Made by a program: the position numbers and the translations under genes. A DNA stretch of 64,000 nucleotides from Chrysomallon squamiferum. Its lineage: Eukaryota; Animalia; Mollusca. This document shows, piece after piece, positions 41,958-60,187 of this stretch. Positions within the stretch are counted from its first letter, which is position 1, and the number at the start of each line of letters is the position of its first letter. The notes below the pieces were generated by a model. The model saw nothing but the letters and a program-made list of their open reading frames with translations, made no database searches and was not told where the DNA came from. The DNA lies in assembly GCA_012295275.1 (NCBI GenBank), contig CM022678.1, positions 18,352,001 through 18,416,000 on the forward strand, in the 5' to 3' direction.

Positions 41958-43765
41958 TTAGTGAAATGAACATTGAGTGTTTTCAAGTAAGGGTTTTCGT
42001 TGATAAAAAGATCCAAGGCTGTAGCTGACTTGACGTTGGAACGGGAAAAGACACAAGATGACACTGTTGTGTTGTGTTTAAGTAATTGAATCCAAAACAA
42101 GTAGGACTGCCGTTACAGATCAATGAACACTGCTGTTTTGTAAATCTTCCTTCTATCTGAGCAGACGGCGAAAACATCAGTCCAAAGTTTCCATGAAATG
42201 TAAGAAGCTGATGGGGAAAAATTTGAAAGTTTAAAATCCTCCATAAACAACAACAAGCAAAACAGATAAAAGAATAAAAAACAGCATCACCAAAAACAAC
42301 AAAATCAAATAAGAATTTAATTATTTTAAACAACAATACACAGGCAAATAAAAAAGACAAAACAAGAAAACAGTAACAGCAACAAGAAATAAAACCGAAA
42401 ACAAACAAAAAATTCAAGAAAGAGAAAGAAACAACAAAACATACAGAATCAAAACAAAATAATGTTCTACACACTAATTAAATAAACAAACAAACAAACA
42501 AAAACAAAAATTGATTAATTACAAATAATTTAAATGAAATAATTATAAAATAAAACACTCACTCACACACACATGCACACAAATATAAAAAAAAAAAATA
42601 ATAATATTAAAAAAACCCCAAAACACCAGTAAAATAAGATAATACATTTCACAATAAAAATAACAAGAAAACAAATCATCAAAAAAGTGGAATGTTAACC
42701 GCTAACATTTAAAAAGATACATGAGCAATTAAATCTTATGAGTTATAAAAACCTTTTCTTTTCTTTTTATAATTTAGTCTTTAAATAATAAAACTCACAG
42801 GAATATTTGGCGTCACAACCAAACACCATCACTTCACAAAGCGTTAGAAAACCTTGAGGAAGAAATATTTTTACGTATCTCGCAGGTGTTACGTTGTCGC
42901 AGTGAAGAGAGATTGTCTCCCCGTTTGCCACTGGTTCAGTGTAAGTGATACACTCACTGGGGCGCTGTTTTCAACGTACGTGAATATAGTGAAGTTTCGT
43001 AATCTGTCGCCTGATGTAAAGAAGTAGAAGAAAAGTAGAAGACATAAAATAAAATAAATAAATAAAAACACAAATAAATAAATAAATAAATAAATAAATT
43101 GATAAACCGAATATTACTTCTTCTGCTACTAGTACTACCACTACGACTACTGCTCGTGTTTCTGCTACCAATACTAGTACTGACACTACTACTAATACTA
43201 CTATTACTAATATTGTTACTACGACAACTACTACTGTTACTGCAACTGCAACTACTACTGCTACCACTACTACTAACAATAATATAGAGATACTAGTATT
43301 AATATTAATATTAAAACTACAGCTAATGTTTCTTTTATTTTCATTAATATTTCTATGACCGACGTAACAGGCATTTTATTCTCAGACTATGTTATTTCAT
43401 TATCATACTTGTATTATTAGGAAAAAGTATATAAACACTCTAAATCAAGTGTTTATTTATTTTATGTTTAATCTTTATACTGATTGTGAGCCTCAGTTAG
43501 AACCACATAACACTAAGTATGTTGGATATTTCTTCATAATTGATATTAGTAGTTTAAGACTTTAATTGTAGCAAAGGTTGAGGTGCAATTACAAAATAAA
43601 TTCATTCGTTTTACAAACACGCAAACACACGAAGATAACTGTATTAAATTATTAAATACATATTTAATATATATAATGAGACAAAGCATTGAAGTTTGCA
43701 ATCTGCCGCCACGACGAGCTGTTTATTGATTTGGTTTTCTCCAAACCGGGTTAGTCATACTAAAG
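41958..43765 (-). pseudogene. F-type lectin-PAN copy B3; exon 2 truncated, exon 1 missing at the gap
   Basis: Exon 4 41958-42207 (two 1-bp insertions), exon 3 42799-43010 (1-bp deletion), exon 2 remnant about 43664-43765 in low-quality sequence next to the gap. Confidence 0.8.
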
Positions 43766-43777
43766 CTAAAGGAAAAA

Positions 43778-43977
43778 NNNNNNNNNNNNNNNNNNNNNNN
43801 NNNNNNNNNNNNNNNNNNNNNNNNNNNNNNNNNNNNNNNNNNNNNNNNNNNNNNNNNNNNNNNNNNNNNNNNNNNNNNNNNNNNNNNNNNNNNNNNNNNN
43901 NNNNNNNNNNNNNNNNNNNNNNNNNNNNNNNNNNNNNNNNNNNNNNNNNNNNNNNNNNNNNNNNNNNNNNNNNNNNN
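43778..43977. other. Assembly gap (200 N)
   Basis: Run of N; by collinearity it hides B3 intron 1, exon 1 and upstream region. Confidence 1.
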
Positions 43978-44223
43978 GAAGAACGCTGTGACGTCACGAG
44001 CTCAGCAGACGAGAGTTTCGCGTCAGCGGGTTCAATCGTGTGTCTCTCAGAAGTATTGATGCCTTTTTGGCGCTTCCTTCTTTTCTAAAATTAATAGCGT
44101 TGTCGTGTTACAGTCTTGAAGTCTTTTTGAAGTTCTTTTTAGTTCTTTTATTTTTTTTTATTTCTGATTTGCGTGATTCCGTATTTCTTATTTCACAGCG
44201 AGGATATTTGAGAACTAGAGTAC

Positions 44224-44311
<88 letters not shown>

Positions 44312-46474
44312 TAAATACAAACAAGATACTAAATTAAATTAAATTAATGAAATTAAAAATAAAACACGAGTACAGGAAATACTTTCAGCCGCAGGAATTA
44401 GAATAATCCCAGCTAACTTGAAAGTGAAGGCGGTTGCTAAAAATAGACTCATTAACAAAATGACTTACCGTTTAATTGCTGATGTCATAATGACTTCACA
44501 TAAATATATACATACTGCTAGCAACAACAGCTACTACTTTACTGCTACTAGTGCTAGTACCATCACTAGTACGAGTCTACTACTACTACAACTACTACAA
44601 CTACTACAACTGCTACTACTATTAGAACTTCTCTGCTACCACCTCTACTGCCACGATTGCAATAACAACGGCTACTACTACTGCAGTTACAAAACGCACA
44701 ACATCAACTACTGTTAGTTCTTACATTATTATTACTGCTACTGTTAAAGTGACGGTTATAACAACAACAACTACTACTACTGCAACATTGACTACAAAGA
44801 CATAACCATTAAAATAGCAACACCATAACGACAGCAGATGAACAACAACAGCGATGCCTGTTATCTACATTGAAAACGACCGCTTTAACTACTACAACAA
44901 CGTCAACAACAGCTACCTTTGCTGCTAACTTAACAACTAATAATACCGTCATCACTACACAGTGATAGCGACAACACCTACGATTGTTCTATTACTACAA
45001 CCATGTCGACAGTAAAACTATTCTCTTTAAGAAAAATGTCTTTCTGTAAACTGCTGATGTCATTGTTGACTCTATTCTGTCGCAGTTTTCAGAACCGCTA
45101 ATTCATCTGTCGACATTTTAGAAATTGCTGCGCGATCTAAAAATAAATAGGTGAGGTGGAAAAAGATGTGGGAGTGAAAGAAAATATCAAGAAAACAAAA
45201 CAAAAACAAAAACGAAACAAAACAAATACCAGTACTAACAATAAGAAGAACAAAACTTAGCAAAAATAATATAAAATTTGTAAAAATATTTATAATGATT
45301 ATTATAATAGTAGCAATAATAAAAATAAATAATAATGATAATAATTATGAAGTAATACAAATAATGATAAAATGATAATGATGATGATGATGTTGATGAT
45401 AATAATAATAATAATAATAATGATGATGATCATCTTTTTTCACTATCGCCCGAGAAAATTTAATTTTCTGTTCTCCTCTTTCTATTATTTGTTCTTTTCA
45501 GTTCCTTTTTTATCATTTTTCTCAAAAGTCTTTTTTTTTTCATTTATTTATTCATTCATTTCTTTTTTTCTTTCATTTGGCTGTGACAAAATGCAAAATG
45601 CTATTTACTACGAACATTTCTACAGAGATAAATGGTTGTCTGTTAAATTGTCGTCTGCTACAAAAAAAAAAAATAATAATAATAATAATGATAAATAAAT
45701 TTAAAAAAAAGTAAAAAAATAAAAAATAAAATAAAAATTAAGTGCAAGAAAAAGAAAGAAAAATAATAACAAGAAAGGAAACAGAGCACACATATATATA
45801 TATAAAAATAAATACGTTTAATGTAATTTACAAATAGATAAGCGAATACATGGACAAAATAGTTATACTCGATGCACTTGAATGCCAAAACGAGATGATT
45901 ATCTGAAGGGAAACAACTCGTGCTTTACGGTGACGAGTTAACGAGTTATCTCCTTCCAGTCTGTTATCTCAGCACGTTGATAGCTAAAGTACTGTGGGTA
46001 GATCGGGCGTCATTCAGTGCAAGCGATCAGAGTAAGGTAGTTAGCATAAATGTGTTCAGTTGTATTGTGCAGTAAGCCTTCGTTAAGTGATGCAGTGTGA
46101 CGTGATGCAATGTGTAAATTGTCTTTATAAAGAATACCCAGTACGTATATAAATACATATATTTAGTATTTCTTAATTAAGGTAGATCATTTTGACCTAG
46201 TCGTTTTAAAATTACCTTGCAAGCTGTAAAAGTGTATTCATACATACATGCATATATACATACATACATACATACACACATTCATATGTACATATATACA
46301 TACACACACACATACATAGATACATATGCATATACAAACACTGTTGTTGTAAAGGGTATCATCGCCCTTTCGTCATTAACAAATTTATTTTAAAAATCAT
46401 CTAATATATTTACCCCAAAGTAAAGTGACAAATAATCAAGTAAAACAAACAACACATTAACTTTAGTAGTTGTT

Positions 46475-46505
<31 letters not shown>

Positions 46506-48451
46506 TAGTAGTAGTAATGATAATGACGATAATCTTTAAGAACAGCAGGAATTACAAAAGCTCGAGTAAATAAATAAATAAATAAATAAATAAACAAGCA
46601 AGCAAACAAACAGTCAAATAAATAAAAATAGAAAAACAAATCATAAAAAACAATAATAATAAGGAAAAAACAATAATAATAATATTAATGAAAAAAAAAG
46701 AGTTCGATCACAGTCATTATATTATTAAAGTAATCTTAATACAACCTTTGTCGTGGAAGGCATATAAACAATTTCTCATCTACATTTCTTTCTAATTTTT
46801 TCTTTTCATTATGCTCTGATACGCCTCGCTGAAAACTTGCACCGTCTTGGTCACTGGTTTTCAACCTTTTTCATACCGCGACCCCTTAAGAGTAACTCAA
46901 TATGACCGAGGACCCTTTAAACATTTTGATTGAATAATATCTAGAGTTACAATATTTTCATCAATCAAAGACAGTACAAAAGGAACCTATATTCAATATG
47001 ACGGGTCCCAGACCTATCTGTACGTTTTTGTTTATCCCTCCTTCCAAGTCAAACTGGAATTAGTTAAAACACACCCTCGCTCAGGAATGATCTCTCGACC
47101 CTATGTGGTCTAGGTGTTATGAAATACACCTAACAATAGCATTAATATCTTTTGTTGTTATCGTTTAACTTGACTTAATAATAACAATAACAATAATAAT
47201 GATGATGATGATGAAGATGATGATAATAATAAGGATGATGATGATGATGATAATAATATCTACAACAACAAAACAACAAATAAATAAAAGAGAAAAGAGA
47301 AGAAAGAAATAAATGTCTTACAGTTTGGTAATAGTAACAATGACGTTAATGCTTGTAGTGGTAATAGCACAAATAACAACAGCTGTTGTTCTAGTGGTAG
47401 TAGTAGTAATAGTAGCAGTAGAAGCAGAACATGTAATTGTAGATGAAGTAGCAGTATAATAGTAGTAGCAACTAATGTTGTAGTGGTTGTAATAGAGGCA
47501 GTAGTTATTATAATAGAAATATTTGCGGTAATAGTAATAATAATTGTAATAGTTGTAGAGTAAAAAAATTGCATGGTAGAGAGTTTAAAAGTAATATTAA
47601 TTGCTTAAGTTATTGGACTACTTGGAGTAACATAATAATATTTACAATAATAATAGTACATCTGTTAGTAGTGCTAGTAGTAATACAAGTAATATTAACA
47701 AACTGAATATAGTGTCAGTAGAAGCAGTAAAAATATTAATGTTAACAGTAGTAATAATCATTACAATGGTAATATACGAAATAATACAATTAGTAGTAGT
47801 ATTTGTTACATTATAGTAACAGTTGTAATAAAAATAGTGTCATACAGATTTACTTTGTGTTTTAAGTAAAGGTTCAGCCTGCATTCAGAAATCGGTCCCA
47901 CGTTTGCCGAATTGTGGCAGCTGTAAAACTAAAAAAAAATATATTAGCATCAGCAGTTGCGATGTGATAGTGATAACAGCAGTAGCTTTTGGGATGTTGT
48001 CATACGATCTGCAGTGGTAGTGCAATAGTACAAAAGTGACGTAGACAAAGTAGCTGCATTGTTATTAGTATTAATGTTATTAGCTGTTGTGCTAATGCTA
48101 GTATTCCTAGCTGCATTTCCGAGTTCATTTAACCACAAAAGATGTTTGCTATAAACAGGCAGCAATTAAAACCATCGTCGATATTTTCATCACAGATTTA
48201 AGTGATACTGTACGAGTACAATCCAGAAACAGGCTTCTCTAAACGCGTTCAAAAAATTGGTCAGTTATACTGAAATCTTTAGCGTTTAGATCAATTGTGT
48301 TTAAACGTAAGATCAGACAGTCTGGGTAAATGACGTAAAGCAGTAAACATCAAAATTCATTGTAATGACACAAGAGAGTTACGTAAGTCTGCCTGCAACG
48401 TCACCGATATACTTTTCTGACGTCATTTCATAGAAAGATTGGAAACAGTTT

Positions 48452-51175
<2,724 letters not shown>

Positions 51176-54100
51176 TTCCTTCTGTCTTTGCTTGTTGTCA
51201 ACGTGAATAAAACTCCACTGACTAAATTTTTATTTTAAACTGTATTTCAGTGACAACTGAATAATTAAATACTGAAACGATTCAGATCATTGGCTCATAC
51301 GACGATTTTGTTGTAGGAAAATGTAACTAAGCTTGTAAATTTATTATGCTCTTATTATTATATACAACTGGGAGAACAGAATTACGAAATTCACCCTTTC
51401 CTTCACAGAATATTTGTCAGAAGGGATTTCGGAAATCAATATACAACCTAAAATAAAAGAACAAATTTCAAATATTCATGAATGTTTGTTTGATTGAGTT
51501 ATCAGCCGAAGATTCAGTTACTATTTTCGCAGATAGCACGGTTACCTGATGTTTCGTTCGATCAAAAAATCACTAGACTGCTATTACAATGTTTGATTTG
51601 TTTATAACACACCTGAGCAAGAAGTCATGAATATTTGAAATGTTTTTTTTAATCCAATGTACTTTCTATATTGATTTTGGCTATCTCTTTTTTGAATCGT
51701 ATTTTATTTATACTTATTCTTATTCTTATTATTATTATTATTATTATTATTTTATAATTATTGTTCATGACATCATTTTCATTCTTTAAATGTTAACCTG
51801 TGTTTGTATTTCAGTCAATGATGGAAATCAGTTTAGGAAGTAAGCTACGCTTAGGGCTCGAATGAGTGTATTTTATGTGTTCCTTCGGGACATTTTTAGA
51901 TATTATTGTTATTTATTTGTTTGTATGTTTGTTCATTTGTTTGTTTGTTTGTTTGTTTGTCGATTGATTGATTTATTTATTAATAAAACAGTGCAGGTCG
52001 TTTATTAGATCAGATATAACTGATAAATATTGGATTATCTTTTATAACGGTAATCGTGGCTATCGTATAACTTCTAATTTAAGAGACTGTAAAAGAATCT
52101 AAATACAGTAAGTTGATTTTACTACAGAGAAAGGGATTTTATATTAAAACTACGCAACAGCAACATTAATCAGATACGTAGCGATTTATTGAGACCAGCA
52201 TAACCACCTACCTAGTTTCCCAGCATGTTTTTGCTATTTGACAAAATAATAAATGCGTATTTTTCTTTGATCTCTTTATGTCTGATGTTTTCAAACAGTG
52301 GAGAATGAAACGGCAAACGCAAGGAGGCAATGGAACCGTGAATTAAAATATTTTATTTACAATTAAGGATAGTCCATTCTGATAAACGAAACAGGTAAAA
52401 CCCACTACTTTATTTGTTGGACTGTTCTGTCCAAGAGCACAAAAATATGTTTTTTAAGAATCATCTATTAAACAGCCTGTTATATAACACAGCGTGAAAA
52501 ATCTCAATGGATTCCTGAAATAATAATTACTCCATATTAAGTTGCTTTTCTATTATCCCTAAACAACAAAACAAAGATGATATTCATGTCAATAATAAAA
52601 TGTATTTCATATTCAAAATAAATGAAACATTCTTTTACTTCACGGAATTTTCTCTTTTTATAAAGTGGTAATAACATATTATACAAATAACAGTTAGTGA
52701 TATAAAAAGACTGCATAATATGAAATTAATGAACATGTTCTGTACTCACGTTCTGTAATCAAATAAAATAAAGTAAGTAAATAAATATCAAAATAGAAAT
52801 TATAATAATAATAAAAAGAAAGAAGTGATGATGAATAAAATTATTATGATAAACCTTTTTCTTTTTCTTGTTATTTCTTTATGTGTTATAATTATTTTCT
52901 TTAACTTATATTTCGTCATCATCATCAACATTATTAATATGATCTTTATTTTGTCGTTCTGAAAGTCAGTAAATTGTGAAATAACGATTATGACAAAAAT
53001 ATGAATCGAGTTATATTTATGACGTCATACTTTGCAATGGTAGAACCATAATTTTAAATGCTTCGTTGATGAACAGATCATATATAACTAGACAACACAT
53101 GCACATACACACACACACAGAAAGAACAAATCAAGCCTTGAGACTTCGGATAAACTTCAGTAACAGAATCAAGAGTGGCAAGTGACGTACTATGTTTATG
53201 ACGTCATACATTATAACAGTCAGAATCCTAGGTCAACTAGGAAAGAGACACACAGAACACAAGATATACTAACATGTTTGAACTGTATAACAGGTCTCGT
53301 ACGATGTTTATGTCGTCGCATATTACAAAATACGGATGTTCTAAATAGATAAATAAGAGGCAGAATTATATTCTAAACGTGTTTAAAAGCGAAAACATCT
53401 GACTATTTTAGAAACCTCCACAATTAAAAAGATATATAAAACTACAGATTCAATGACCAGAAATGTTAACAGAACAAGGAAAATAAAACGGTAGCAAGGT
53501 CGCAGAGCCAAAAAACAAAAACCAAGAACAATAAAAAAAAACCAACAACACTAAAACCAAAAAACAACAAAAACATCAGGCATGGAGAGAGAAAACAATA
53601 TTTATTATTATTATTATACAACTGTATTTTTTTGAAACACAGAAATAAATAAGATTGAGATTATCTAATTTGATCAGTCGTATTTGGATTCTTGAATAGA
53701 AACGAAACAGATATACTTCAAGTCAGACAATGAAGTAAACCTTTTAGAAGGTAAGTAATGAAAATAATGACTGTAAAGATTAACAAAGCATGCCCAAGAT
53801 ATTGAAAATATATAGAAAATTTAACTGTTAACCTTATTCAAAAATTACAAAACCATTAAACATTTCAACACCATTAAACATTTGAACACCATAACGACAG
53901 GAGATAAACAGCAACAACGATACCTGTTATCTACACTGTAAATAATAATTACTACTTCTACAACTACTACAACAACTTCAATAACAACTACTGGTGCTGC
54001 TGATAACTTAACAACAACTAATAATACCGCCATCTCTACAAATTATAGAGACAAACATTGACAACAACTACAGTTGTTGCTACTACTACTACTACAACCA

Positions 54101-54803
54101 TGTCGACAGTAAAACTATTCTCTTTAAGAAAAATGTCTTTCTGTAAACTGCTGATGTCATTGTTGACTCTATTCTGTCGCAGTTTTCAGAACCGCTAATT
54201 CATCTGTCGACATTTTAGAAATTGCTGCGCGACCTAATAATAAATAGGTGAGGTGGAAAAAGATGTGGGAGTGAAAGAAAATATTAAGAGAACAAAAACA
54301 AAAACAGAAACAAAACAAAACAAATAGCAGTACTAACAGTAAGAAGAACAAAATAAAGAACAGCAACAACAACAACAACAAAAACAACACAAAAAAAAAT
54401 AATAATAAAAATAAATTTAATAAAAATAATTATTAGTTGTAGGGTTAATGTTCTTACTCTTAGCTGCATTTCCGAGTTCATTTAACCACAAAAGACGTTA
54501 GCTATAATCAGGCAGCAATTTAAACCATCGTCGATATTTTCATCACAGATTTACGTGATGCTGTACGAGTACAATCCAGAAACACGTTTTTTCAACGCGT
54601 TCAAAAAATTGGTCAGTTATTCTGAAATCTTTAGCGTTGAGATCAATTGTGTTTAAAGGTAAGATCAGACAGTCTGGGTAAATGACGTAAAACAGTAAAG
54701 ATCAAAATTCATTGTAATGATAGAAGAGAGTTACGTAACTCTGCATACAACGTCACCAATATACTTTTCTGACGTCATTTCATAGAAAGATCAGAAACAG
54801 TTT

Positions 54804-55928
54804 TTAGTGAAATGAACATTGAGTGTTTTCAAGTAAGGGTTTTCGTTGATAAAAGATCCAAGGCTGTAGCTGACTTGACGTTGGAACGGGAAAAGACACA
54901 AGATGACACTGTTGTGTTGTGTTTAAGTAATTGAATCCAAAACAAGTAGGACTGCCGTTACAGATCAATGAACACTGCTGTTTTGTAAATCTTCCTTCTA
55001 TCTGAGCAGACGGCGAAAACATCAGTCCAAGGTTTCCATGAAATGTAGAAGCTGATGGGAAAAAATTTAAAAGTTTAAAATCCTCCATAAAAACAACAAC
55101 AGCAAAACAGATAAAAGAATAAAAAACAACATCACCAAAAACAACAAAATCAAATAAGAATTTAATTATTTTAAACAACAATACACAGGCAAATAAAAAG
55201 ACAAAACAAGAACAGTAACAGCAACAAGAAATAAAAACCGAAAACAAACAAAAAATTCAAGAAAGAGAAAGAAACAACAAAAACATACAGAATCAAAACA
55301 AAATAATGTTCTACACACTAATTAAATAAACAAACAAACAAAAACAAAAAATTGATTAATTACAAATAATTTAAATGAAATAATTATAAAATAAAACACT
55401 CACTCACACACACACATGCACAAATATATAAAAAAAAAATAATAATATTAAAAAAAAACCCCAAAACACCAGTAAAATAAGATAATACATTTCACAATAA
55501 AAATAACAAGAAAACAAATCATCAAAAAGTGGAATGTTAACCGCTAACATTTAAAAAGATACATGAGCAATTAAATCTTATGAGTTATAAAAACCTTTTC
55601 TTTTCTTTTTATAATTTAGTCTTTAAATAATAAAACTCACAGGAATATTTGGCGTCACAACCAAACACCATCACTTCACAAAGCGTTAGAAAACCTTGAG
55701 GAAGAAATATTTTTACGTATCTCGCAGGTGTTACGTTGTCGCAGTGAAGAGAGATTGTCTCCCCGTTTGCCACTGGTTCAGTGTAAGTGATACACTCACT
55801 GGGGGCGCTGTTTTCAACGTACGTGAATATAGTGAAGTTTCGTAATCTGTCGCCTGATGTAAAGAAGAAGAAGAAAGTAAAAGACATAAAATGAAATAAA
55901 TAAATATTCAAATTATAAATAAAACAAA

Positions 55929-55963
<35 letters not shown>

Positions 55964-56574
55964 ATTGATAAACCGAATATTGCTACTACTGGTGCTGCTG
56001 CTACAACTGCAACTGGCACTACTTCTACTGCTGCTAGTGTTTCTGCCACCAGGAGTAGTACTGTCACTACTACTTCAACTATTACTATTAGTGTTACTAC
56101 CACAACTACTGTTATTACTACAACTGCTACTACTATTGCTACTACTATTACTAACATTAATATATTAACGCTAGTACTAATATTAATATTAAAACTAAAG
56201 CTAACGTTACTGGGGTTTTCATTATTATTTCTATGACCGAAATAATAGACATTTATTCTCAGACTATGTTATTTCATTATCATACTGTATTATTAGGAAA
56301 AACTATATAAAAACTCTAAATCAAGTGTTTATTTATTTTATGTTTAAACTTTGTACTGATTGTGAGCCTCAGTTAGAAGCACATAACACTAAGTATGTTG
56401 GATATTTCTTCATAACTGATATTTGTACTTTAAGACTTTAATAGTAGTAAAGGTTGAGGTTCAATTACAAAATAGATTCATTCGTTTTTATATATATATA
56501 TAAATATCATAATAATAATAATGATAATAATAATAATAATAATCATTAATAATAATAATAATAATAATAATAAC

Positions 56575-56633
<59 letters not shown>

Positions 56634-57430
56634 TAAACTTTATTGTTAGTAAAGACTTACCACAGCAGTCTCCACGGTTGACAATAGAAATCGTCTGAAT
56701 GAAATAAAACCCGAGCAAATCTACTTCCCACCATTGGTTTTTAGTATAGAGTGTGTGGGTACATGACCAGGACTTATAATTTGGATTTGTGATGCCGTAC
56801 ACGGCGTATTCAGACGAAGGTGTAAAGTTTCGATCATGAAAGGACGACGACTGTTGTGTTGGTTTTCTCAAAGCCAGATTAGTCGAGCCAAAAGCTAAAG
56901 GAAACAAACAAACAAACAAACAAACCAAAAAATAAAAATACAATTTTAAATAATAAAAAGATAAACAGTAAATCAAAAAAATTGGAAAATTGGTTTTTAA
57001 TGTTTTTTTAAAAAGTAAGAAAAGATAATAAAATAAAAAAAATAAAAAAATAAAAATAAAATGAAATATAAGAAAACATAAATGAATAAGTAAATAAATG
57101 AATGAATAAAAGTAGAAAAAATAAGAAAAAATAAAAAAGAAAGAACAGTAATTAGTAATTAAATATAATTATGTAACAGAAAAAATAAAATAAAAATAAA
57201 AACAGAATAAATTAGAAGCAGCATTAATAATTAATAATATATACAACAGTAGTAGCTGTGGAAGTAGTAATAGTAATATTAGTAATAGTAGCAGTAGTAA
57301 CTGTAAAACAGTCTATGAAGTGGTAGTATTATAGTATTAGTATTAGTGATAATTACAATAATAGTAGTAGTAGTAGTAGTAGTAGCAGCAGCAGAAGCAG
57401 TTGTAGTATTAAGTGTATCAGTGTAGGTAG

Positions 57431-57495
<65 letters not shown>

Positions 57496-57575
57496 TTTAA
57501 AGTTTATTTCTTACAGTAAATGAAGAAAGTACAGGCCCAGGCTGTTAATAATTTGAACGAGAAAAAATCCTTCAT
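54804..57575 (-). CDS. Secreted F-type lectin + PAN/Apple domain protein, copy B4, 251 aa, intact ORF (AVDG changed to AVYG)
   Basis: Exons 57515-57575, 56661-56894, 55641-55853, 54804-55051; canonical splice sites. Confidence 0.9.
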
Positions 57576-58153
57576 TTCCTTCTGTCTTTGCTTGTTGTCA
57601 ACGTGAATAAAACTCGACTGACTAAATTTTTATTTTAAACTCTATTTCAGTGACAACTGAATAATTAAATACTGAAACGATTCAGATCACTGGCTCATAC
57701 TACGATTTTGTGTTGTAGGAAAATGTAAATAAGCTTATAAATTTATTATGCTCTTATTATTACTTACAACTGAGAGAACAGAATTACGAAGTTCACGCTT
57801 TGCTTGACGAAACGGTCTGATGTTTGTCAGAAGGGATTTGAGAAATCAATATAGAACCTAAAATAAAACAACAAATTTCAAATATTCATGTATGTTTGTT
57901 TGATTGAATTATCAGCCGAAGATTCAGTTACAATTTTCGCAGATAGCACGGTTCCCTGATGTTTTGTTGGATCAAAAAATTACTAGACTGCTATTACAAT
58001 GCTTGATTTGTTTATAAAACAGCTTAGCAAGAAGTCATGAATATTTGAAATGTTTTTTTTTAATCCAATGTACTTTCTCTATTGATTTTGGCTATCTCTT
58101 TTTTGAATCGTATTTTATTTATACCTGTCTATGTCGGGTGTTTTATTTTATTT

Positions 58154-58195
<42 letters not shown>

Positions 58196-60091
58196 GTTCA
58201 TGACATCATTTTCATTCTTTAAATGTTAACCTCTGTTTGTAAATCAGTTTAGGAACTAAGATACGCTTAAGAATGAATGTATTTTATGAGTTCCTTCGGG
58301 ACATTTTTAGATGTTATTTTTATTTGTTTGTTTGTTCATTTGTTTGTTTGTTTGTTTGTTTGTCGATTGATTGATTTATCTATGAATAAAACAGTGCAGG
58401 TCGTTTATTAGATCAGATATAACTGATAAATATTGAATTATCTTTTATAACGGTAATCGTGGCTATCGTATAACTTCTAATTTAAGAGACTGTAAAAGAA
58501 TCTAAATACAGTAAGTCTATTTTACTACAGAGAAAGGGATTTTATATTAAAACTACGCAACAGCAACATTAATCAGATACGTAGCGATTTATTGAGACCA
58601 GCATAACCACCTACCTAGTTTCCCAGGATGTTTTTGCTATTTGACAAAATAATATATGCGTATTTTTCTTTCATCTCTTAATGTCTGAAGTTTTCAAACA
58701 GTGGAGAATGAAACGGCAAACGCAAGGAGGCAATGGAACCAGGAATTAAAATATTTTATTTACAATTAAGGATAGACCACTCTGATAAACGAAACAGGTA
58801 AAACCCATTACATTATTTGTTGGACTGTTCTGTCCAAGAGCACAAAAATATGTTTTTTAAGAATCATCTATTAAACAGCCTGTTATATAACACATCATGT
58901 CTTACACATAGTGTACTGGCTGGAACGAGAAAAATCTCAATGGTTACCAGAAATAATAATTACTTCATATTAAGCTGCTTTTCTATTATCCGTAAACAAC
59001 AAAACAAAGATGATATTCATGTCAATAATAAAATTTATTTCGTATTCAAAATAAATGAAACATTCTTTCACTTCAAGGAATTTTCTCTTTTTATAAAGTG
59101 GTAATAACATATTATACAAATAACAGTTACTGATATAAAAAGTCTGCATATTATGAAATTAATGAACATGTTCTGTACTCACGTTCTGTAATCAAATAAA
59201 ATAAAGTAAGTAAATAAATGTCAAAATAGAAATTATAATAATAATAAAAAGAAAGAAGTGATGATGAATAAAATTATTATGATAAACCTTTTTCTTTTTC
59301 TTGTTATTTCTTTATCTGTTATAATTATTTTCTTTAACTTATATTTCGTCATCATCATAAACATTATTAACATGATCTTTATTTTGCCGTTCTGAAAGTC
59401 AGTAAATTCTGAAATAATGATTATGACTAAAATATGGATCGAGATATATTTATGACGTCATATTTTACAATTGTACCAACAAAATTTTAGATGGTTCCTT
59501 GTGGAAAAGACAATATATAACTAGACAACACATGCACATACACTCACACAGACAGAACAAAACAAGCTTTGAGACTTCGGATAAACTTCAGTAACAGAAT
59601 CAAGAGTGGGAAGTGACGTACGATGTTTATGACGTCATACATTATAACAGAATCCTAGGTAAACTTGGAAAGAGACACACAGAACACAAGATATAGTAAC
59701 ATGTGTTTGAACTGTGTAACATGTCTTATACGATGTTTATGTCGTCAGATATTACAAAATACGGTTGTTCTAAATAGATAAATAAGTGGCAGAATTATAT
59801 TCTAAACGTGTTTAAAAGACAAAACATCTGACTATTTTAGAAACCTCTACAATTAAAAAGGTATATAAAACTACACATTCAATGTCGAGAAATGTTAACA
59901 AAACAAGGAAAATAAAACGGTAGCAAGGTCTCAGAGCAAAGAAACAAACCAACAACAATAAAAAAAAACAACAACACTAAAACCAAAAAACAACAAAATC
60001 GATAGTCAGGCATAGAGAGAGAAAAGAAAAGAAATGAAATTACTTTGAAAAAAAAGGTTATAATACGAACGAATGACTGAAAATTGTGGTA

Positions 60092-60187
<96 letters not shown>

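Larger units (their letters stand above)
30687..43777. repeat. Near-identical segmental copy of about 1784-14577 (spacer + A gene + B gene), offset about 29.1 kb; a third, more diverged unit starts at 43978
   Basis: A1 stop 7146 vs A2 stop 36288; B1 12764 vs B3 41958; introns and spacers collinear. Confidence 0.9.

Noticed and set aside
51422-51437. NF-kB-like site (GGGATTTCGG) upstream of A3
   Set aside because: Imperfect match and not conserved among paralogues
55609-56157. Long hydrophobic N-termini on the exon 3 ORFs (also 61994-62629) as transmembrane or signal regions
   Set aside because: They are read-through of intron 2 trinucleotide repeats upstream of the clear CAG acceptor
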